From NCBI GenBank assembly GCA_001179505.1, contig CDMY01000522.1, forward strand, positions 1-58,728: 58,728 nt of DNA, in the 5' to 3' direction. The notes below the pieces were generated by a model, which was not told the DNA's origin, ran no database searches, and saw only the letters and a program-made list of their open reading frames with translations. Source of the DNA: Vitrella brassicaformis CCMP3155. Lineage: Eukaryota; Protista; Chromerida. Below are positions 21,932-32,413 of the stretch, one piece after another; within the stretch, counting starts at the first letter, position 1, and every line of letters starts with the position of its first letter. A program made the position numbers and the translations under genes.

Positions 21932-24900
21932 GTCTTCCTGCACGGGCGGGAGGGGCGGCATGCGGTCCTCGGGCGGCTCGTACTCGGGCTTCTCGCCAGC
22001 CAACCGCTTGCTGCACACAGACACAATATGTACAGAGCAGCCACAGAGGTCATTTACACACACATGGCCGGTAGGTACCTCGTGTCTGCCTCTTTGTGTG
22101 TATGTGTATACGTCACCTGCGTCGCACAGCGCTGCCCTCGGGTGTGTGGGCTCGCTCGGGTCGGCCCCGCTTGCGCCCCCGCTTGCCGCCCGCCGCACTG
22201 CTCGCCACCGAGCCTGACCCAAACACAGCGGACTCACTCATCCATGCCATTCGTCTCTTCTCCTGTACCCGCTCACTCACCGACGTCACCCATGTTATCC
22301 GACTCGTTAGACCCAGATCCGCCCCCAGCAGGAGCGGCGGCAGCAGCAGCAGCAGCTGCTGCTGCAGGAGCGGCCCTCTCCCCAGTGCCCCCCTCCTTGT
22401 CGGCCACGAGGCCAAGAGGTGGCATGTGTGCTGCCGCTGGAGGAGGAGGCGATGGCCTGTGGAACGCGAAGAAGCCCCAGCGGTAGCCTGATGACCAACG
22501 GCCCTCCTGGGGCGGGGGGCTGGGGGGAGGGGCGGCCGCCGCTGCTGCCGCGGCTGCTGCAGCAGGAGCTGGTGAGTCGTCGTCCATGTCATCCATGTCA
22601 TGGTCGTCATGCAGGCCGCTGTCGAATGGGAGGGGCGGGGGCGGGGGCGGGGGCGGGGGGAAGGGGAAGGCCGCCTGCTGCGGCTGCTGCTGCTGTGTCT
22701 GGGCATCGAGAGCCGCCTGTTTCTCTGATGGAGGAAAGAGGACAACAAAACAGCAAGTAGGTATGTGGCTTGTGGGTGGCGTCGTGACAATCAGCGCGGC
22801 CTTGTGCTCACCTTTCAACTGTTGCTGGAGAGACTCGACTTGGCTCTGAAGGTTGCTAATGGTACCGTCCCTCGCCTGAAGCATCCATCCATCAGACAGG
22901 GAAGCAGACGAGTTGATGGTGTTGCCTTCCTGCCTGCCTGCTTTGCTGTGTTCCTCACCTCCTTGTCTGCGCGCAGTGTTTCTATGGTGCGGTCCTGGTC
23001 CGCTATGCGCTCCCGCAAGTCGTCCGCGGACTTGACCAGTCCATCCCGCTCAGACACCCAACTCTGGTTGAACACCACACCACAGAAGGGGTAGACATTC
23101 GTGCCCGTTTCGGTGCAAAGGTGGGTTGTGCCGGTGCGTACCTGCTTTTCTGCCTGGAGGGCCTGCACTTGGCCAGTGACGTTGGCTACGGTAGTTGTGG
23201 CCTGCGTCAGCTCCTGCTGGGTTTGGTTGTGGCCCTCTGAAAGGCAACACGCGCATGGCGCAGGTCTGTCTGCAGATCGGCTGTTTTCTGCTGACCTAGC
23301 AGCTGCTGGTTCTGCTGCTGCAGAACACCCAGGTGGGCTTCGGCAGCCTGACGGACAGACAGACAGACAGACAGATTGGAATGAGCACGGATAAGACATA
23401 GATGTGCAGTGAAGAACTTTCCTTCCTGACCTTCCTGTCGGCTTCGATGTTGTGCATGTGTGTCTGTATGTCCTCGTAGGCCTTCTGCGCACCAGCCAGC
23501 TCAGCCTCCAGCTTGGACGCACCATCTGCCGACAAAAGACGCGTCGCACACATGATACACATCACACAGAGGGAGGGAGGCGGATTCCCCGTCATTCAGA
23601 TGCCCTCACCCTGCAGCGACTTGCACTTCTGCTCCAGCTCCTCGCGGGCCGACATGGCAGCCTGACGCAAACGCATGGAAAACAACAAAATCACGCCTGA
23701 CTGACCTGTCGACGGATGTACGTGTGTATGCCTCGGTGCTTCCATCGATGTCTCACCTGTTTGTCGCTCTGCAGTGAGGTGATGTGTGCCTGCAGCTGCG
23801 CGAGAGCGTCCCGGGCCTGCTGCGCCTCCTCCTCCAAACGCTTGTGGCCCTCTGATGCATACGTACCGACATAACACGATCAACACCACCCACACACAAC
23901 CAGGAAAGGGACGGTGATGAAGCCATCCATTCATTCGGCTGTGCGTCCCACCCAGTCCCCCCACTCGCTCACCCTCCGAAGCTGTTCTGGCTCCGAGCAG
24001 CTCGCTGTTCTCGATCTTCAGGCGGGCATACTCGCCGTCCAAGTCCTGCACACACGCAACGAGGAGGGTCGTGTGTGTGGTGGATGGATAGGCCTGTGTG
24101 TGAGTATTACTTGTCGGCTGACCGTTTTGGCGTTTCTGTTGTGCTCGGCCTCCTCGCGCGCCTTGTGCGCGGCCTGCTGCGCCTCCGACACCTGCTTGCT
24201 CAACTCGCCCATCGCTCCTGAAGGCGACAACCACACAAACACAGCCAGCGGTGCGGCCAATGGGATCAGAGACAAATTGTGAGACGTGGCCGTCTGTCTG
24301 CCCCCACGCACCTTCGATGTGTTCCTTCTGCTCCATAGCCGCAGCTTTCTCCTTCTCTAGGTTCTCTACCTTGCCCGTCAGGTCGGCCACCTGTCGCTCA
24401 GCGGCCTGCAGGCTCGCCTTGGTGTTGCTGTAGTCCTCCTGAGTTGCCGACATGGCACCTGACACACACACAGAGAGAGAGAGAGAGCTTATGGACGTGT
24501 CCGCCTGTGTGTGTCGTCGTCTGTCCGACTGACCTTCCAGCTGCTTGAGTTTGGTCTCGAGCTGCTCGATCTGCGTGTCGCGGTTGCCCACGTCAGCCGT
24601 GAGGCGTTCGTTGGCGGCGCGGAGGGCGGCGTTCGCCTTGCCCTGCTCCTCGATGGCCGCTGCCTGCTGTGTGATCTTGGTCTGCAGGTCGTTGTTGAGA
24701 CCCGCCAGCCGGGTGCACTCGCCTTGAACAACCTGTGTAAGGGCAGGCAGAACAACCACCCGACGGTGTGGCGTGTGTGACGTGATGTGAAGATCGCGTG
24801 GAGTGGGTGTGTGGGCGAGGCGTACCTGACGCGATTTCTGAAGAGTCTCGTGCTCCTGCGCCAGCGATCCATACTTGCCTGCACGACCAATGGACGGATG

Positions 24901-25626
24901 AAGACATAGACAGGCACCCAATGAGCAGGCAGGCATTAAACCCTCTTGTGTGTTGGCCTTTTCTTGCTCACCTTCCGCCTCATGCATCGCCTGCTGGTAT
25001 GCCGCCTGCTGCTGGCTCTTGTCCTGCGCCAGACCCTCGAGCTGGCCCTGCAACACCTGAAGCGCCTGCTCCACTGACGCCTTGTCCTTCTGCACCGACT
25101 CCAGCTGCTGCCGCACGGCTGACAGCGACACAGAATCAAAGGAAGACACCATGGGTCGATGCAGCGCGTGCACTGTGTCGGCTGGTGTGTGCGGACCTTG
25201 CAGTGACTCTATCGTCCTCTCGCCGTCCAGGGCTTCGAGCTGCCGGATGCGCTTGGACAGAAACTGAAGCGCACATGGAGAGAGCCATACAGGTGCTTGC
25301 TGGGGGGAGAACTGCTGTTGTCCGACCTCGTTTTTCATCTCCAGCTCCAGATTCTCGTTGTTGAGTTGGGCGAACCGACGCTGAAGTGCCACACAACAGA
25401 GAGGAAACAAACGCAGCCATGACGACTCCAAAGACACAGGAGACAGATGCCCGCACCCTGAAGACGTCATTCTGGTCCTGCAGGAACACAGACAGCATAG
25501 AGGTCTCCGCCCGTGTGTCCCCCTGTGCTCGCCCCTGTGCCTCAGCGACGGACGTCTGCATACCTTGAGCTCCTGGTTGGCACGCAGGACCTGGTCCATG
25601 CTCTTTGTTGGCACCCGGATCGACAT
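21902..25626 (-). CDS. Long coiled-coil protein with Pro/Ala-rich low-complexity region and basic/acidic C-terminal tail, multi-exon
   Basis: Heptad-like Q/E/K/L/A-rich exons (e.g. LQTKITQQAAAIEEQGKANAALRAANERL), poly-Pro and poly-Ala, then in-phase exons GSVASSAAGGKRGRKRGRP...RRR (22213-22117) and SKRLAGEKPEY...EEE* (22010-21902). Start at 25626 is assumed. Confidence 0.75.
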
Positions 25627-25841
25627 CGTGCTAAACCTATGCCCTCACCGCTCAGCCTAAGGGTCGCTGCTTCTTTTTCTTCCTTCCTCTCCTTTTACTC
25701 CTGCGAGCTCAAAGGTGGGCGAGCTCAAAGGCTTCTCCCCAGGAATCTCTACCTCTCGAAGGTGTAGGCGTACCACATGAGGCGCGAGGTCATCATTGGG
25801 CCCATCTTGACGTCGTTTCGTTGCTGTCTTCATTCGCGGTG

Positions 25842-28111
25842 ATGAGGGATCTTCTGCTGGCGTGTCTTGCTGCCCTGTTGGTGGGTCGGGAGATGCTCGT
25901 TGGCTGGACCTGCCATGCAGCAGCATCGCTGTGCGGTGATGTGGCCGGTGGGCGCGATGCATCGACATCACTGGCACTCATTCGGAGGCGCTCCAGAGCC
26001 AGAGGCGCCTTCATTCGCAGCCCAAGGGCAGCAGAGGTCCGTACGCAGTGAATGTGCGACGTCTGTTGGCACAGCAGCATTGCGCTTTGTGTCTGTGCGG
26101 TTGTTTGTGGTCAGGTGAGTCACTCCTTTGTGCGTCGTGGGAGGAGGCATCTAAGAGCACGTCGGCACACAGCGCACCAGGTATGTAGTGGTGACACGAG
26201 CAAGGCACTGTTCATGATGGGGATCTGCCTTGCAAGATCATGCGTCTGTCTCTTTGTTCCGCGTTGCCTTGCCAGGTGGTGGTTGATTCGCTCTCGCCCA
26301 CCGACGAGCAACCGTCACGGCTGCGTGCGACCGACACAGACAGCGTCGACGTCCCGCTGAAGCCGCTCTCCCCCTCACCGACCCAGCAGACCTTCCGTGC
26401 CGTCCCTCCAAAGGAGCAGACAGGCCGGCGTGAGAGGCCCACACAGACACCAGACAGCGATGCCCCCACTGACCCTCCCGCACCACCACAGCCGTCAGCA
26501 GCAGCAGGGCAGGTTCCGCTACACCTGCTGCCGTCTGTCGAGGCGACAGAGCCCGGCAGGCCGCTGGAGAGGCGGACGTCATCCAACTTCACTGGCGACG
26601 ACCCATGGGTGCGGAATCCCATGAATGCCGTGCCGCCTCCGCTGGCAGCCCTGCAGATGGAGTATGAGAGGCTGCTGAGGTCGCAGTGGAACGATAGCAT
26701 GGCGGTGGTGTCGCAAGCCGGCAACGTGACGGATGTTCCCGAGATGCCGATGGCGTCTTGGTCGGCGCTGCAGCAGATGCCCTTTCCCTTTGTCCCGGTG
26801 GTCATGTCGCCCCTGGGCCCAGTGCCTCTCTTTCTGCCCCCTCTCCCATCCCTCCCACCCCCCACACCACTCGCCATGCCCCCGCCCCTCACCCCGTTCG
26901 CGCCACCAGTGCCCGGACGACAGGCGAGCCCATTCCAGACGGCCAACGGCACGTCCATCGCTCAGCTTGGCGAGGCGTCGAGGACGTCCAACGTGATTGA
27001 CGGGCGAGCCATGGCCGAGCAAGTGCGCAATGAAGTTCGAGAGGAGATCTCATGGCTGTTGTCCAAGCCTCGTGTGGGGGATGGGAGGTCTGATGAGGAG
27101 AACGAGGTGCGTCGTGCGTTTGTGCGGCCCCCGTCGCTGGCTGTGATCCTGGTGGGCGAGAGGTGGGACAGCGAGACGTACGTGCGGATGAAGAAGAAGG
27201 CGGCCGACGAGGTGGGCATCGAGTGTGAGGTACAGCAGCTGCCGGCGAGCATCAACCAGTTCCAACTCATCGAGCGCATCACACGCCTCAACCGCAACGC
27301 AACTGTCGATGGCATCATCGTCCAGCTGCCGCTGCCCGCACACATCGACTCGCGCCTGGCGCTCTCGGCCATCGACTACGCCAAGGATGTCGATGGGCTG
27401 CACCCCAACAACGTCGGCAACCTCGCACTGCGGAACTTCGGCGGCTCGCCGTCGATCATGTCGCCCGACAGCTGCCTGTTCAAGCCGTGCACGCCGCTGG
27501 GCTGTGTGGAGCTGCTGAAGCGGTCCTATGTGCCGATCGAGGGCGCCAAGGTGGTTGTGCTGGGGCGATCGAGCCATGTGGGTCTGCCGGCGGCCCTGCT
27601 GCTGGCGCAGGAGAACGCCACTGTGACGATGCTCCACTCCAAGACACTGCCGGGTGACATACGGGCGGCAGTGCAGCTGGCCGACATCATTGTGGCGGCC
27701 ATGGGGAGGCCCCGGTTCATCACGGCCGACATGGTCAAGCCGGGCGCTGTGGTGCTCGACGTGGGCATCAACAGTGTCCCCGACGCCAGCAAAAGGCGCG
27801 GCTATCGGCTGGTGGGCGACGTGGACTTCGAGACAGTGCGGCAGGTGGCCGGGCTGATCACGCCCGTGCCCGGCGGGGTGGGGCCCATGACCGTCGCCAT
27901 GCTGATGCGCAACACGCTCGACAGCTCCAAGAGGCGGCAGCTCATGTCGATGAGAGAGGGGAGGGCGGGGATGCGAGGGGCGAGGGAGAGCATGAGCAGC
28001 CGGATGCAGCGTGATGCGCTGACGGCGGCGGCTGCATCGGCCATCACCGCACTCCTGACAGCCTTCGTAGAGAGCGGGCTGGACTTTTCGGCCCTCAAGC
28101 TGTTCTTGTGA
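25842..28111 (+). CDS. folD: Bifunctional methylene-THF dehydrogenase/methenyl-THF cyclohydrolase with long N-terminal extension
   Basis: SETYVRMK (YxxxK), GIIVQLP, KDVDG, PCTPLG, VLGRS, HSKT, DVGIN, ITPVPGGVGPMTVAMLMRNT. Two short upstream exons (from ATG 25842) splice in frame and encode a hydrophobic then Arg/Ser-rich leader; the 5' exons are less certain than the catalytic domain. Confidence 0.92.
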
Positions 28112-28987
28112 CAGACTCAACGGACAAGCGAACAGAAGGAAGAAGGCGTTATGTGTTTTTCGTTTTGGTCGAGGCTGATGATCAGTTAGTTGATGGGACT
28201 CACGATATAAGCGAATGGACGGATGTGACGTTGGAGGTAAGGCACCCCGTTGAGTTCAACTGCAGCCCCAAGGTCACACAATGGGGTGCGTCGTGGGATG
28301 TTGGTCGATTCGTCACTTGATTCATGTGTTGAGTGCCATCATCCCAGTGTCTGTATGCAGTGTCTCCCCTTGCCACCATCCACCCTCCGTGCACACACAT
28401 GAATGAGTGTGATCGCGCTGTGTCTGCCCCTCCACCACCCTCCCAGCCACCCCACCAGCCATGTATGATCCCTCCGAGTGAGTCGACTAATTCCCTGATT
28501 GGGGTCAGACAGGCGGGGGAACTGCCAGCACAAAAGCACGACACGACCCGGCACAACCACCAGATGAGACACCCACCCCTGTACAACCAGCCGATTCATC
28601 AAATGGGCACACACGAGGACAGACGAAGACAGACGAAGGGCTCCAAGTGAGCTCTCCACGTATACATTCATTCAAACGTGCAGACAACTACCTGCATACG
28701 GACGTCTGATCCTCTCTCACATCGTAAAAGGCGAGAAGAGAAGGCATCTATCTCAGCCTACCTACCTACCTACACAGTCGTGCAGTGCATGCTCTCGCAC
28801 GCACTCAGTCAGACCAGTCAGTCAGCTCAGCAGACAGAAGAGGGAAGCCAAGGTTGAAAAAGCCAACGAACACCTGTCTGTTGTACAACCTACCCGCCCA
28901 CCCACCCAGTGAAGTACATGTATTGTATGTGTGTCAGACGAACCCCATCCGTCCATCCATCCATCCATTCACGCATCCTCGTGTGGC

Positions 28988-29693
28988 TCATCTAAAGCCA
29001 AACGCATCACGTACTTTACTAGTGGCATTTTTTTCGACTGCCTTTCCCAGGGCTTTTCCCCGACGCCCGACCATCGACGCAGCCTCGCCGAAACCTCTTC
29101 CGATTCTAGGGCCGTGCTCACGGCCAATCTGTTCCCCCTTGTTCGCCCCTGCCCAGCTGCCAGTAGCAGCCATTCCGACGGCCGCCCCGGCTGCGCTTCC
29201 ATACCTCTCGCCCAGGCGTTCGCCCTCATCGCCCAAATCGTGGCCATGCTTATTGCCAGTTCCAATGGTATGCCTGGTGTGGTAGTAGTCGTCTACGATC
29301 TCATGGGCAGGGGGAGTATTCTCTGCGACATTCTTGATTGTCTCGGCCGCATCGACTAGGTCACCGAAATCCTCAACCTCGGGCACCGCGATGCCGAATG
29401 GACCGAGTCGACGCAGTCCCGGCTGTTTGAAGTCTTCATCCGCCTTAACGGAAACGCCAGACCTGCAGCAGGCAAGACAGACAGACAGACAGACAGGTGT
29501 GTGGTGCGCTGCTGTGTCGTGTGGGTGTTCGGGCTCGTGTGTGTGTTTCCTTCTCTTACTTGTCCTGTATGGCCTTGTCACGCAGAGAGCGGAGTCCATT
29601 GGGCGCAGCCTTGACACTGTCAGCGGGGCTTCCAGCCACCACCACGGCGATAGCCAGCAGGGCGACAGTCGACATCATGACGAAGCGAACCAT
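28988..29693 (-). CDS. Small secreted protein with glycine-zipper-like C-terminal region, 2 exons
   Basis: Exon 29693-29560 encodes signal peptide MVRFVMMSTVALLAIAVVVAG. GT-AG intron 29559-29463 joins in phase 2 to exon 29462-28988, which has GxxxG-spaced glycines. Confidence 0.7.
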
Positions 29694-30210
29694 CACGGAC
29701 GATGAACGAGTCAAGGGACGATAGATAGATGCAAGCCACGGGGCGGGAGCGCTGGACGGATAGAAGGGATTTGAGAAGACCGAAGGGATCTGAAGTTGGA
29801 GCGATGGATGGACGGGAGAATTGAGATGAGCAGCGGCGGCAAGACACAAGACAGACGACAGGCAACGACAGAGAGAGATAGGTCTTTCTCGAGATAGGTC
29901 TCGTTCTCTCCCCTCCAACGTGCGCTGAACAAAGCACCTGCAGACAAACACACCTGAGAGCCATGCCTCGTGCAGTGCAGTGCTGCCCCCACAATGGGGT
30001 TACAGGGTTGCGGGGTTCAGGGTTTGACTGCGAGCTCCAAAGATTTTCACACACAGATTCTGGCAACGGGAGGCTCTCCCGCATCCTCAGGCTACTCGCA
30101 AGCGTGTAAGATCTACAAGAAGGCTGCGTGCATGCACGCAGAATGGTCGTTTGTGTGTGTCGGTGTCTGTGTGTGTTCCAGCGCCTTCCCCGCACCACAC
30201 TACACACACC

Positions 30211-31790
30211 ATGAGCAGCAAGGCTGTTGGCCTGCTCGACGGCCTCCCTGTCTATGCGGCGGCCGGGTGGTTCAAGGTGAAGGTCGATGGCGAGCTGCGC
30301 ACGCTGCCTGCCGCCGCCAAGGGCAAGATCATCATGTTCGTGGACGAGCGGCAGCATCCGGGGCAGCCCAAACCAACCTTCCAGATCTTCGTCAAGACTC
30401 TCATTGGTACAGAGGTGCAGTCAGAGACACACAACCAGTCTGTAGCCCGTGTGTGTATGCAGGCCAGTGCATGCCGTTGGATGTGGATCCGTCTGACACC
30501 ATCGAGGACGTCAAGGCCAAGATACAGGAGCGTTGTGGGGTCTCCCCGCCCGAGCGGCGGCGGCTGATTCTCGCTGGCAAAGGGCGGCTGGATGACGAGC
30601 GGACCCTGGCATTCTACAGCATCCAGGGCGGTTGCGTGCTGCACGTGAGACTCGGGCAGGTCTTCGTCAAGACGCTCACAGGTGGGCACTGCACTGCACG
30701 TGTCCGTCTACAACATGCTTCGTGTGTGTCATGTGTAGATAAATGCATGCAGGTAAGACCATCACGCTGGATTTCGTGCCCTCGGACACCATCGAGAACG
30801 TCAAGGCCAATTCAGGAGGAGGAGGAGGAGGAGGGCATCCCGCCAGAACAGCAGCGGCTCATCTTCACCGGCAAGCAGCTCGAGGACGGCCACACTCTCG
30901 GGGACTACAACATCCAGAAGGAATCCACGCTTCATCTGGTGCTGAGACTGAGGGGCGGCATGTTTCACGAGACCAGGTGAGTGGGGTACACCTCGACACA
31001 CAGCGACGGCCAACACAGCCGTGCAGTGCATGCCTCTTTGCACTCCGTGTGTCTGGTCGGTGCAGCGGCCGCGATGGTTTCGATACGGCTGGTGTGCAGC
31101 AGGACAGCAACCAAGAGGAGACGAACAAGGACGACCACAAGGATGGAAACGAACAGGTGACGTAGGCCACCCACAACACACTAGCAAAACGTTCATCTGG
31201 GTGGTCCATGTGTTTCTTGCAGGAGGGTGGGGGTGATGGTGATGGTGATGGGGCACCTGACACACAGCAGCAAGAGTCACCGGCCAGCCATGAGGGAGCG
31301 GGTAGGTGCCGCGGCAAAGACGTCAGCCGATCGATTCGTGCACATTGGGTGTGTGTATGTATCTGTAGGTTTGCTGCCAATCTCAGGTGGTGCGGATGAG
31401 GAGCAGGACGACACACAGGCCAAGGACAATACCGAAGACACCAACACCGGCACCATCGGCGAGCATCAGATGGGATCCGAGCACATCGACAGTGAGGGCC
31501 CTGCAGCAGAGGAGGAGGGCAACAACGAGCAGCAGATGAGCGACGAAGAGGACACCCACAGCAAGAAGAACAAGCAGCCCCCGGCCAAGCAGTGGGCCAA
31601 GCGCACACGCCGTGGGGCGGTCGACAACAACCGCAGCAGCAAGCGTGGCGATGTGTCGGCGGTGGGCGTGGCGTGTGAGGGCGTCACGACGCGCAGCATG
31701 GCCCGCAAGCGGGCGGCGGAGCAGACTGGTGCCGCCACAGCTGATCGGCTGGCCAGCAAGCGCACCAAGAGAGAGAAGGGGCTGCTGTGA
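30211..31790 (+). CDS. Tandem ubiquitin-like domain fusion protein with acidic/basic tail; frameshift in the second Ub domain (possible pseudogene or sequence error)
   Basis: [10 protein letters not shown]|[22 protein letters not shown]...RRLILAGK; QVFVKTLTG|[18 protein letters not shown]-[frameshift ~30810][58 protein letters not shown]; then acidic exons to the stop at 31790. Confidence 0.8.
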
Positions 31791-32413
31791 TGTGAGTGGG
31801 TGGACCGACAATTATTGTTTGTGTGTTGGGGTGTGCTGGGAGACACACATGCCGTCCGTCTCTTTGGTCCGTGTATTGTGTGTACCCATGCGTGTGTGCG
31901 TGTCCGTGAGGCGTTTGGTGGCGGGGCGGCCCATCTGGTGATGCGACACTGTGTACACTAAGACACACTAGACTATATGTAGACCGAGTGTATGTCTCGA
32001 CCGCGAAGATCTGTGTCCTTGAGATTGCCAGTTGTTTGATGCTTCGAGACACTGCACAAGCGAGCGTCCTTCCATCCCATGTGTGATTTGTAAGTATACA
32101 TATTGATTGTCGTGTGTGTGCTTTGGGTTGCCCCTGCCCTCACACACACACCCACAAACGCCCACTCACTCACTGACTCACTCCACACACTAACGGAACA
32201 ATGAATGCATCCGGGGCCACTCACTGCTTCACCCCCCGCCCAGCTCTACTTGCGCTAGCTGGGGTGACAGGTAAGGTACAGTGTATATGCGACAAGAGGG
32301 CCGCCGATGGGGCAATCTGTGAAACTCTTGTGAGGGCATTGGTTCTGAAATCGGAATGGCCTGAGTTTTCCTCGCATGAGCGACCGCAGGTCTTGTCCGA
32401 TTGTCTGTAGAAG

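Noticed and set aside
27050-28120. 356-aa minus-strand ORF opposite FolD (likewise 7785-9209, 221-901 and many other long antisense ORFs)
   Set aside because: Shadow ORFs expected from GC-rich codon usage on the coding strand; no motifs, and they mirror real genes.
30129-30136. TGCATGCA (ApiAP2-type motif) as a specific promoter mark
   Set aside because: The motif also occurs at 21741 and in an intron at 30744, so alone it is not diagnostic in this TG/CA-rich sequence.
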